NCBI GenBank assembly: GCA_964345775.1
Contig: CAYFSO010000003.1
Location: forward strand, 10,859-74,858
Direction of reading: 5' to 3'
DNA: 64,000 bases
Origin: an uncultured Leptospiraceae bacterium
GTDB lineage: Bacteria; Spirochaetota; UBA4802; UB4802
In this document: piece by piece, positions 27,673-36,744 of the stretch
How positions within the stretch are numbered: the stretch's first letter is position 1
Layout: each line of letters begins with the position of its first letter
Position numbers and translations under genes: made by a program
Notes under the pieces: model-generated
Database searches by the model: none
Told to the model about the DNA's origin: nothing
Seen by the model: the letters and a program-made list of their open reading frames with translations, nothing else

Positions 27673-28407
27673 ATGAAAAGGGAGGTCAAGACTGTTATAT
27701 TGTCATTGCTCATTGGCGGTCTAATTCTTCTTGTCGGTGAGGGCAATATAATGTTACAGGCGCAGGAAGCGCAACCGCAGGAGAAGAAGAAACAAGACGG
27801 CCTTGTCGAAGACTGGCTCAACGATTTTGAAGCCAGTGAAGACTGGAGGGCCGCTGCCACCTGTCCGCTTGGTGACACCAAGATTCGCAAGATTCCCGGC
27901 AAACCAAGACCCCTGGGAGAAGATGGGAAAGTAATTGAGTTCCCAGATACAATTACTGATGATAACGGTATCACGCATGAGAACCAGTATGTACTTGGCG
28001 TGAAAACATACTTTCTGGACAGGGGATTTGACAGGGTAGAGGTATTTCCTCCCAATGAATATATCATTCGCGGAAAAGCCAAGGAGATGAAGGTATGGGT
28101 ACTGGGACGAAAGTTTCGCCATACTTTATTCGTGAAGTTGAGGGATTACAAGGGAAAGATCCATAAGATCAAAGTAGGAAGGCTGGATTTCTGGGGCTGG
28201 AAGGAGCTTTCGGTAATCATACCCGGGTGGCTGCCGCAATCGGCAAGCTATGCCATGCTGGATAAAAATTTGCATTTTGTATCCTTTTTTGTGGAAAGTG
28301 ATATATATGAAGTCCCGGGCACTTTTTATTTCTATCTTGATAACTTCAGGGTAGTCACCGATCTGTCCGAATTTACCGGTGATACAACCATTAAGGATAC
28401 TTGGTAA
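27673..28407 (+). CDS. secreted protein, paralog 1 of tandem pair; possibly FlaA-like (flagellar filament outer-layer protein)
   Basis: Signal peptide; shares blocks with the next ORF (VW.LGR...L.V.LRDYKGK.H.I.VGRLDFWGWKEL...P.WLPQ). Confidence 0.5.
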   Translation: MKREVKTVILSLLIGGLILLVGEGNIMLQAQEAQPQEKKKQDGLVEDWLNDFEASEDWRAAATCPLGDTKIRKIPGKPRPLGEDGKVIEFPDTITDDNGITHENQYVLGVKTYFLDRGFDRVEVFPPNEYIIRGKAKEMKVWVLGRKFRHTLFVKLRDYKGKIHKIKVGRLDFWGWKELSVIIPGWLPQSASYAMLDKNLHFVSFFVESDIYEVPGTFYFYLDNFRVVTDLSEFTGDTTIKDTW

Positions 28408-28444
28408 AATTCATGCCGTGCAGGAAAAGAATGGAGGCTTTATT

Positions 28445-29284
28445 ATGAAACGTAGACGTTCACATTCCGTTCTGGCAATCATAGCTGTTGTTGTTCTCGT
28501 TGCCGGGGCTGCTACACAACGGGTACAGTCTAAAATTAATACCAATGTGCCGCAGGATATCAGCGAGGAGGAATTGATTGCCAGGGTAGTAGAGGATTTC
28601 GAACAGCAGAAAGACTGGAAACTTGAAACAACGCCGAAACAGAATCCTGACGCGAAAAAGAATCCTGTCCCGGCCCTCGAGTTGAAATATATAAGCGGTG
28701 CCCCATCTGCGCTTGAGCCGGAGAAGTGGTCACCCGACAAGAAGGGTATGGAGGCAAAGCAGTGCATTGGTGTTCATTTCAGGTTCAAGTATCCCGGCAA
28801 CAACTCCGTACACCTGCTTCCTCCACCGGAAGTTCGGTGGGATGATCCAACAAAGGCTGTAACAACATATGATTCCAGCCTGCAGAAGGAGATCCAGGAA
28901 CGCGCCCTGCAGCTTCCGGGGCGGGCGAAGGCAATCTCGATCTGGGCCCATGGACGCGGGAACGCGTACAGGCTTGAAGTGTGGGTAAAGGACTTCAAGG
29001 GTGATGTACATATTCTGCCAATGGGGTCTTTGAACTTTGTAGGATGGAGACCCATGAAAGCAGAGGTCCCGGAATACGTTCCGCAGGAAGTCAATTCCTA
29101 TCCCCAGACCAAGGTGACCAAGATCATGCGTTTCGTGATCAGGGCGGAACCTGATGCCATTGTTGAAGATGTATACTTGTTTTTCGATCAGCTGAAGGTT
29201 CTTACCGATACCTTTGAAGTCAACTTTGATGGTCAGAATCTGCACAAGGTATTCGAAGGGGAAACGCAGCAGGGACAGCAGTAA
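28445..29284 (+). CDS. secreted protein, paralog 2 of tandem pair; possibly FlaA-like
   Basis: Start at MKRRRSHSVLAIIAVVVLVAGAA after RBS GGAGG; conserved block GSLNFVGWRPMKAEVPEYVPQ, parallel to paralog 1. Confidence 0.5.
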   Translation: MKRRRSHSVLAIIAVVVLVAGAATQRVQSKINTNVPQDISEEELIARVVEDFEQQKDWKLETTPKQNPDAKKNPVPALELKYISGAPSALEPEKWSPDKKGMEAKQCIGVHFRFKYPGNNSVHLLPPPEVRWDDPTKAVTTYDSSLQKEIQERALQLPGRAKAISIWAHGRGNAYRLEVWVKDFKGDVHILPMGSLNFVGWRPMKAEVPEYVPQEVNSYPQTKVTKIMRFVIRAEPDAIVEDVYLFFDQLKVLTDTFEVNFDGQNLHKVFEGETQQGQQ

Positions 29285-29607
29285 GCCGGTAATATAACAG
29301 TATTTTAAGGATATAACGTGGCCCAGTCCTTCTCAGGATGGGCCTGCGTGTATAAAAATAACAAAAATACTTGCATATTTGTCCAGTAATTTGTATATTT
29401 GTATTAGAATTGTAGAATGAACTGGGTCTACAGTTGTCTTTCCTCACAAATTAATAATCCTTTTGCGTAACAATATGATTTTGAAATAATCTATTTGATG
29501 CCGGGGGTTATGGTATATTCAGGGCCTCTCAAATTCCCTGATAATGGTGAACATTATTATATATATGTGCTGTTACGTCCAAACGTACAGTTACAAAGGA
29601 GTATGAC

Positions 29608-32310
29608 ATGGAAAAAGAGAAATTGCTGGAAAAACTGAACTCTCTATTAAAGGAAGAGTTGTGGGGACGACTTGATCCCAAGGATATAGGAATTTCCAAG
29701 TTCAGGATACTTGATGACCTGTTCAATAACATCGTAAGCCAGGGACTGGTTGAGGACACTCGGGAGGTTTGCTATAAGCATCTCGATGAGCATAATGATT
29801 CAGTTACGGCACGGTATCTTACCGGCCTTCTTGGATATCATACGGATACCATGGAAGAAAAGATACAGCTGAGAAAGCTTATCGATCTTTACATGAGGTA
29901 TCACAAGTGGGCAGTGGTTGAGGTAATTTCCGAAAAGGTGCTTGAGTATGGTGAAAACAGTGTTGCCCTTAAAGCACTTGCCACCAGCCTTGAAAGGCTT
30001 GGTCGAAGCCGGGAAGCTATTCCAGTATGGGAAGATCTGCTGAAAATTGACAGGTTTGACGCGGACGTAGCGAAAAAACTTGCTTTTGCCATCATCGATG
30101 ATGATCCGGAAAAAAGTATTCAGTACATGAAGCTGTCCATCGAGGGTTTTATAAAGAACGGTGAATATGGCGAGATAAGTGAATTGTGGAACAAGCTGGT
30201 TGCCGTTTCATGGGAGGATATACAGTTTTTTGAAAGAATTGAAAGAATGCTGGTAGATGCCAGGCAGGAAGGACTGGCAGCAACCCTGCTGAAAACACTT
30301 CTTCACAAATACAAGGACGAAGAAAATCCTGATCAGTCAATAGAGCTATTAAAAAAGATACTGGAATACACGCCCGAGGATAATGCTGCGCGGCGTGATC
30401 TTATAAAACTGTATGAGAAAAAGTATAGTGACCATTCACAATACGAGCAGTTCCTGAAACTGTCAAAGTTGAATAATTTCAGGCATCCGGTAAAACATGC
30501 CATTGAAGATTTCGAGAACAGTATTATTTTCGACAAGGGTAACTATGCCTATCACAGGAGCTGGGGCGTTGGGAAAATCTCAGATATCGATGCGGATTCG
30601 ATAGTTATACATTTAAGTGATAAACCTGATCACAAGATGTCCATACAGATGGCCCTGCAGGCCCTGACACCTCTGCCGTCTGATCACCTGTATGTGCGCC
30701 AGTACGAGGACCCGGAAGGCATGAAAGAGATATTCAAGGAAGATTTTATGAGTTTCTTTGAGATACTCATCAGGTCGTATGGTAAAGAAATTACCCTGGC
30801 CCAGATCAAAAAGGAACTTATCCCTGAATACGTGAGCCAGAAAAGCTGGTCTAAGTGGTGGAACAGGAAACGTACCGAGATAAGGAAAGATCCTCTTTTT
30901 GGTATTTCTCCTTCAAAGAAGGACCTTATATTTATGCGGGATAAACCCATTACTTTTGCGGATGAATTGCTGGACAGTTTTATAAAGGCTGATTCGTTCA
31001 GTTCAAAGCTCGATACAGCACTTGAGTTTGTGAATAACATCGATGAGAAAGAAGGGGAACCCGTCGCACATTTCTTCATTGATTATTTTATGGATAATCT
31101 TAAGGGAGACTCGGCTACCAAGCTGATCCTCTCGTATTTTATATTGCAGGGTTTTACAAGGTATATAGACGCGAAGAAGTTGAAACTGGATGCGGCATAT
31201 AAAAATGTCATTCAGTTTATAAAGGACAACGATGACCTTCCGGCAATCTCGCGAAAGATCGGTTCGTACGATTACAAGAAAGATTTTGTGAACCTGGTTG
31301 AAGAGTCACGTGAAGACTGGCCGCAGGTAGTGTACGAGATACTTTTTGAAACCCCTGTTCGTATTCACAGGTATATTATCAATAATCTCATAAGAGCCCA
31401 GGAGTTCGGAGTGATCAACCAGTTCATTGACAGGGCGATTACCGGTGCCAAGCAGTATCCCGAAATATTTCTGTGGGTCTCGAGAAACCTTCTTACCAGG
31501 GCATGGGATTATGACTGGCTTGATTATTCACGACAGGAACTGGTTCTCACCCATTTCAGGATTCTAAAAGAGCTAAAGAAGATCGAGACCAGGGGCAACA
31601 GGTTGAAAAACATGGCCGTTGATATTCTTTTTGATAATGAAGAAGCTGTATTAAGGGAAATTATCAGCAATAACGATGTAACCTTTATACGAAAGATATA
31701 TGACCTGTTTACAGGTGTTCCGTACGTGGAAGAATCCCAGGTAGAAAAGTTTTTTGATATGATCCTCCAGGAATATCCTGACTTCAAGGCATTGCCACAG
31801 GGCGAGGGTGATGAAGAACTGGCCCTGGATACGGAAAAACTTATCGTAACACAGGAAGGCTTTGAGAGGAAGCAGAAAGAACTGAATAATATGGTAAATG
31901 TTGAACTTGCCAACCTGACCAGGGAACTGGCAAAGGTTTCCGATGTCTCAGGTGATGTGAGGGAAAACGTTGAGTACAATACCCTCATGGAAAAACAGAC
32001 AATCCTGAAAATGTCCATAAATAAGCTGGAGAACGAGATCAAGAAAGCAGAAATTCTTGACTTTGACTCAGTTTCAACGGACAAGGTTGATATTGGAACC
32101 ACCATAAACGTTAAGAACCTTGACGATGGTACCGAAGAGATGTATACCATCCTCGGGCCATGGGACGCCGATTTTGAACGAAAGATATTATCATACCGTT
32201 CTCCAATTGCCCAGGAGCTCCTTGGTAAAAAGGAAAACGAAGAGATCAACATCAAGATCGGTGACGAGGTAAGAAAGTTAAAAATATTATCAATAGAGAA
32301 ATATAAATGA
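29608..32310 (+). CDS. greA: 900-aa protein with C-terminal GreA/GreB transcript-cleavage domain (long spirochaete-type GreA)
   Basis: Last ~160 aa: coiled-coil plus FKBP-like domain with SYRSPIAQELLGKKENEEINIKIGDEV; ~740 aa helical N-terminal region. Confidence 0.75.
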   Translation: MEKEKLLEKLNSLLKEELWGRLDPKDIGISKFRILDDLFNNIVSQGLVEDTREVCYKHLDEHNDSVTARYLTGLLGYHTDTMEEKIQLRKLIDLYMRYHKWAVVEVISEKVLEYGENSVALKALATSLERLGRSREAIPVWEDLLKIDRFDADVAKKLAFAIIDDDPEKSIQYMKLSIEGFIKNGEYGEISELWNKLVAVSWEDIQFFERIERMLVDARQEGLAATLLKTLLHKYKDEENPDQSIELLKKILEYTPEDNAARRDLIKLYEKKYSDHSQYEQFLKLSKLNNFRHPVKHAIEDFENSIIFDKGNYAYHRSWGVGKISDIDADSIVIHLSDKPDHKMSIQMALQALTPLPSDHLYVRQYEDPEGMKEIFKEDFMSFFEILIRSYGKEITLAQIKKELIPEYVSQKSWSKWWNRKRTEIRKDPLFGISPSKKDLIFMRDKPITFADELLDSFIKADSFSSKLDTALEFVNNIDEKEGEPVAHFFIDYFMDNLKGDSATKLILSYFILQGFTRYIDAKKLKLDAAYKNVIQFIKDNDDLPAISRKIGSYDYKKDFVNLVEESREDWPQVVYEILFETPVRIHRYIINNLIRAQEFGVINQFIDRAITGAKQYPEIFLWVSRNLLTRAWDYDWLDYSRQELVLTHFRILKELKKIETRGNRLKNMAVDILFDNEEAVLREIISNNDVTFIRKIYDLFTGVPYVEESQVEKFFDMILQEYPDFKALPQGEGDEELALDTEKLIVTQEGFERKQKELNNMVNVELANLTRELAKVSDVSGDVRENVEYNTLMEKQTILKMSINKLENEIKKAEILDFDSVSTDKVDIGTTINVKNLDDGTEEMYTILGPWDADFERKILSYRSPIAQELLGKKENEEINIKIGDEVRKLKILSIEKYK

Positions 32311-33566
32311 TGAACACCTTTGATGCGTATTTCCAGTACAAAAATAATACACTTTACTGTGATGGTGTGCCAATGGACCGCATTGCGCAGGAGTTCGGCA
32401 CCCCCGTATACGTGTACACCGAAAAGGGTTTTAAAGAACGATTGAATGATATTGACAATTTCCTTGGTGACCTGCCGCATCTCATCTGTTACTCTGTGAA
32501 ATCTAACTCGAACCTCTCGGTGTTGAAATTAATGAAAAAAATGGGAGCCGGTATGGACGTGGTTTCCGGTGGTGAGTTGTTCAGGGCGCTGAAGGTTGGT
32601 GTTGATCCGGATAAGATCGTGTATGCCGGGGTGGGTAAGACCGCCCAGGAGATAGAGTATGCCCTGACCACCGGCATCCGCATGTTTAATTGCGAGTCCT
32701 TCCAGGAAATTGAGGCCATCGATGATATAGCCCGCAAGCTGGGAGAAAATGCACGGATTGCCATACGGGTAAATCCGGATGTAGACGCCAACACTCATCA
32801 TTATATCACCACCGGGAAGAAAGAGAACAAGTTTGGCATTACAGTTCCCATGTTGATGGATTACCTGGGTACGCTGAAAAATTTAAAAAATGTGACCCTG
32901 AAAGGCATCCATGCCCATATCGGGTCACAGATAGTCACTGTTGAACCTTTTCAGAATGCCCTGGACAGGCTTATTGCTCTCATAGAAAAGCTGAAAGGTG
33001 AGGGGTTTGACGACCTGGACTCTATAAACCTGGGTGGCGGTTTTGGTATTCGGTATGATGACGAAGAACTGTTTGATGTGGAAGCCTGGGCACAAATGGT
33101 AAGGGACAGGCTTGATGGTTCCGGGCTTATTCTGCTTGTAGAGCCGGGAAGGTATATTGCCGGTAATTCGGGCGCGCTTCTTACAAGGATCATTTATAAG
33201 AAGAAAAGTGAATCCAAGACCTTTCTTATTACCGATAGCGGCATGCATCATCAGATAAGGCCATCACTGTACGGGGCGTTTCAGCATGTACGAAATGTTG
33301 TCATGAGGGATAACACAGAAGTGGTGGACGTGGTAGGTCCCATCTGTGAATCAGGTGATTTCTTCGCCAGGGATCGTGAGATAAGTGGTTCAGAGCAGGG
33401 CGACCTGCTGGCGGTCCTTTCGGCGGGGGCCTATGGGATGACCATGGCTTCCCGGTATAATTCACACCCAATGCCGGCCGAGGTAATGGTTCATGAGGAT
33501 GATTCCTTAAGCCTTGTAAGGAGACGGGAATCATATGATGATATAATCAAGCACGAGGTACTGTAA
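32307..33566 (+). CDS. lysA: diaminopimelate decarboxylase
   Basis: PLP fold-III N-terminus (FGTPVYVY...ICYSVKSN), GGGFGI motif, CESGD active-site Cys block. Confidence 0.92.
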   Translation: MMNTFDAYFQYKNNTLYCDGVPMDRIAQEFGTPVYVYTEKGFKERLNDIDNFLGDLPHLICYSVKSNSNLSVLKLMKKMGAGMDVVSGGELFRALKVGVDPDKIVYAGVGKTAQEIEYALTTGIRMFNCESFQEIEAIDDIARKLGENARIAIRVNPDVDANTHHYITTGKKENKFGITVPMLMDYLGTLKNLKNVTLKGIHAHIGSQIVTVEPFQNALDRLIALIEKLKGEGFDDLDSINLGGGFGIRYDDEELFDVEAWAQMVRDRLDGSGLILLVEPGRYIAGNSGALLTRIIYKKKSESKTFLITDSGMHHQIRPSLYGAFQHVRNVVMRDNTEVVDVVGPICESGDFFARDREISGSEQGDLLAVLSAGAYGMTMASRYNSHPMPAEVMVHEDDSLSLVRRRESYDDIIKHEVL

Positions 33567-33627
33567 GATTTTCTGTTTTTTTATTTGACAAAAAGAGGTA
33601 ACAGGCAGGATAGTTTATGCATATTAT

Positions 33628-33711
33628 GCCGCGATGGCGGAATTGGTAGACGCGCTAGGTTCAGGGTCTAGTGGGCATTAGCCTGTGAGGGTTCAAATCC
33701 CTCTCGCGGCA
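33628..33711 (+). tRNA. tRNA-Leu (anticodon CAG), CCA not encoded
   Basis: 7 bp acceptor GCCGCGA/TCGCGGC, T arm GAGGG-TTCAAAT-CCCTC, anticodon loop TTCAGGG, 15 nt variable arm. Confidence 0.88.
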
Positions 33712-33716
33712 ATAAG

Positions 33717-33749
33717 AAAAGGCAACTCAAACGAGCTGCCTTTTTTTTA
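33717..33749. terminator. bidirectional rho-independent terminator (after tRNA-Leu; also after minus-strand PDO gene)
   Basis: GGCAACTC-aaac-GAGCTGCC stem followed by T8; A-run upstream. Confidence 0.7.
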
Positions 33750-34388
33750 TAATTTCTCCATCTGGTCCAGAAAAGCGCTTATGGGTTGCGCACCAGTAAA
33801 TTCATACACTTCATTTATAACGATCTTTGGTACCGATGACACGTTATACTTGATGGCGAGATGCTGAAAGGTTGAGCTCTCAATCATGTCTGCCCTGATC
33901 TTCGGGTTTTCAAGGGCTATTCGGTGGGCGGTGGCAACTGCCTGCGGACAGTAGGGGCATGTGAGCGTGATGAACACTTCAACATGAATGTCCTTATCTA
34001 TCTTTTTTATCCTTTCCACGATGTCTTTTGGCAATTCTTCACCTGCTCCCGATACTTCACTGAGGGCGGTAAGGAAGGAATTGATCTCGTACCCGCCGGG
34101 AATACCGAAAAAACGTATGCCCGTATCGGTACCCCTGTCATCAGTCACAAGCATTGCGGGTATCTTGTCAATACCGTACTTGTCCGCGGTGTCCCTGTCC
34201 TTAACGAAATCGTAAACCTCGAGTGTGATATTGCTGGACATTCCCGATAATTCTTTTATAAAGTCATGATTATCTTTGCACAACGGACATTCGAATTCCT
34301 GCGTAAAAAACAGTACCTTTACGGGATCTTTCAGGTTACCAAGAAGATCGGTAAGTTGTTTTTTTACATTGTCATCAAAAATTGCCAT
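33747..34388 (-). CDS. glutaredoxin-like protein disulfide oxidoreductase (two thioredoxin folds, CPLC and CPYC)
   Basis: Two CxxC motifs (FECPLCKD, LTCPYCPQ) about 110 aa apart; PfPDO-like architecture. Confidence 0.72.
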   Translation of the reverse strand: MAIFDDNVKKQLTDLLGNLKDPVKVLFFTQEFECPLCKDNHDFIKELSGMSSNITLEVYDFVKDRDTADKYGIDKIPAMLVTDDRGTDTGIRFFGIPGGYEINSFLTALSEVSGAGEELPKDIVERIKKIDKDIHVEVFITLTCPYCPQAVATAHRIALENPKIRADMIESSTFQHLAIKYNVSSVPKIVINEVYEFTGAQPISAFLDQMEKL

Positions 34389-34408
34389 TTGAACCTCCGG
34401 TTATATGA

Positions 34409-35425
34409 TTATTCCTGTTGTTTCAAGACGAATTCACAGGCCGATAATGCCGCCTTGGCTCCTTCACCGGCAGCAATTATGATCTGCTTATAAGGGACTG
34501 ATGTAACGTCACCGGCAGCGAAAATGCCGGGCCTGCTTGTTCTGCAATTGCAGTCAATGATTACTTCGCCATACTGGTTCAGCTCGACCACCCCGTTGAA
34601 TGGATCGGTATTGGGCTTGAGCCCGATTTCGATGAATATACCCTGGGCGGTAACATCCGCGGTTTTGCCTGTCTCCCTGTCCTGTACGGTAACTGCTTCG
34701 ACCTGCTGCTGGCCATTTATCCCGGTTACCTGGTGAGAGTATAATATGGATACATTAGCATATCTGTTGAGCGTACCAACCAGTATACGGTCAGCAGTAA
34801 GGTGATCAAGGAACTGGACCAGGGTAACGCTGCTGGCAGACTTTGCCAGGTCAATGGCGGCTTCAACGCCGGTATTGCCGCCACCCACTACAACCACGTC
34901 TTTTTGCGCAAAAAGGGGAGCATCACATATTGCACAATAGGCTACTCCCTTGCCCTTCAGTTCTTTTTCGCCGGGGACGTTGAGCGTTTTCCAGCTGTTG
35001 CCGGTTGAAAGAATAAGGGTTTTTGCCTGGTACGTATTGCCGTCATCACATGTTACCTTTTTTATGTTCCCGTACTCGATAGAGGTTGCCCTGGCTCCCT
35101 GGACAAGCCCCATTTCGAATTGCTGCACCTGTTCATGGAACTTTTCAACAAGCTGTATTCCCTCAATATGCATATACCCCATGTAATTCTCAACGGTTGC
35201 GGTCTCGGCCACCTGTCCGCCAATATCCGCAGTCAAAAGGCCGGTAGTGACCCCCTTTCGCATGCAGTACACCGCGGCGGTAAGGGCAGAGGGGCCGCCT
35301 CCAATGATCAATACATCATATATCGTTGACGGATCGAGCTGTACGGCCCTGTGTTCTGCTTCAGAAATCCCGGGAAGATTTATATTGAACTCCATGGTGT
35401 CCTCGTTTGAAAAAATACCGTGCAT
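34409..35425 (-). CDS. thioredoxin-reductase-like FAD/NAD(P)H disulfide oxidoreductase
   Basis: FAD motif VLIIGGGPSALTAA, redox CxxC (YCAICDAPLF), NAD motif VVVGGGNTGVEAA. Confidence 0.8.
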   Translation of the reverse strand: MHGIFSNEDTMEFNINLPGISEAEHRAVQLDPSTIYDVLIIGGGPSALTAAVYCMRKGVTTGLLTADIGGQVAETATVENYMGYMHIEGIQLVEKFHEQVQQFEMGLVQGARATSIEYGNIKKVTCDDGNTYQAKTLILSTGNSWKTLNVPGEKELKGKGVAYCAICDAPLFAQKDVVVVGGGNTGVEAAIDLAKSASSVTLVQFLDHLTADRILVGTLNRYANVSILYSHQVTGINGQQQVEAVTVQDRETGKTADVTAQGIFIEIGLKPNTDPFNGVVELNQYGEVIIDCNCRTSRPGIFAAGDVTSVPYKQIIIAAGEGAKAALSACEFVLKQQE

Positions 35426-35500
35426 AGAAGATTATAAATAGTATTTTATCCGTTGTGATGTGTAAAGTCAAGTTGCAAAACCGCCTAAGAAGAACGAGGA

Positions 35501-35536
35501 GGCAAAAAGGCCACCTCGCATTGAATAGAGGTGGCC
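35501..35536 (-). terminator. rho-independent terminator of gntR-family gene
   Basis: Perfect 9 bp stem GGCCACCTC/GAGGTGGCC with T-run on minus strand. Confidence 0.6.
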
Positions 35537-35571
35537 CGGAGCATTTTGTTTCGTTATCTCAGAGAATTAAA

Positions 35572-36366
35572 TTACTTGAGGATCTTGTTCATGGTCTTGT
35601 AGAGATAATCTATATGGTCAATGACCGCCTGCCTGGCTTCATCCGGCTTGCGGTTGTTGATGGCTTCCAGTATGTCAATATGCTGCTGGTAAATAGCTTT
35701 TGATGTGCCCTTCACTTTTGAAAGTTTTTCCCTGCTGTAGGGGAGCAGTTCCCTGAGTATGGTGGATATTGAACTGAGCAGGTGGGCAAATATTGTATTG
35801 TTGGTGGCCTCGTACAGGTTGTTATAAAACTTGGCATACAACTTGCCACCTTCCCTCTCATGGATCATGTTCTCCACGCCCATTTTCTCGAGTTCTTCCC
35901 TGAACTTGTACAGCTTGGCTATCTGCTCCTTGTTGGCACGTTCCGCGGCAAGTGCGGCGGCTTCAGAGTCAAGGATCCTTCGCAGTTCAAGAAGTTCCCA
36001 TATTTTTTTATGGTCACCAGAGATCATTCCTTCTATGGGCGACCTAAGTGCATTATCCACAACAGATTTAACATATTTTCCTTTTCTGCCCTGGGATTCT
36101 ATATACCCCTTAGCTTCAAGAAGTTTCATGGCCTCACGAAGGGATATCCTGCTGATACCAAAACGGCGTGTCATCTCAAGCTCAGAGGGCAGTTTGTCAC
36201 CCGGCTTTAATACGCCGGTTGAGATAAGCTCAACGATCTGGTTTACAACCATGCTTGGTATGTCCGGGGCCTTTTCTATCCGGTTTATTGTTATGTCTAT
36301 CTGCTTGGCTTTCTTATTCATTATTTCGTTCCCCTTTTCTTTCGGTTTAATTGTAATTACGTTCAC
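35572..36366 (-). CDS. GntR-family (FadR/FCD subfamily) transcriptional regulator
   Basis: N-terminal wHTH (LPSELEMTRRFGISRISLREAMKLLEAKGYI) plus helical FCD domain. Confidence 0.85.
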   Translation of the reverse strand: MNVITIKPKEKGNEIMNKKAKQIDITINRIEKAPDIPSMVVNQIVELISTGVLKPGDKLPSELEMTRRFGISRISLREAMKLLEAKGYIESQGRKGKYVKSVVDNALRSPIEGMISGDHKKIWELLELRRILDSEAAALAAERANKEQIAKLYKFREELEKMGVENMIHEREGGKLYAKFYNNLYEATNNTIFAHLLSSISTILRELLPYSREKLSKVKGTSKAIYQQHIDILEAINNRKPDEARQAVIDHIDYLYKTMNKILK

Positions 36367-36744
36367 CTTTTATTATAGTATAAAAGTATTGCAGAGATCA
36401 GTATATCCACCTGTTATAATGATTTTGGGTTCTAAACGTTTTGAAATAATAAGGATGGAATACTGATACTTGGAGGTCTTTGTTAACATATAATAAAATC
36501 AATACTTTGTCAACAAAATAATCTGTCCTCCTGATGTCGTACGGCGAAAACTTCGATATTGTCTTTAACCAGATTACAAATTAATGAACTGTGATATACA
36601 ATTTTTAATTTGTATTATTATATCATCAAGGTGCAGAACTTCTAAAAAAAGTTGGTTAAAGCATATCCCCTTTTTTAGTTGACTGATGTGATGTGAACGT
36701 TAAGGCTTTCATGAATTACGGATAACAGGAAAACGTGTACGTAG

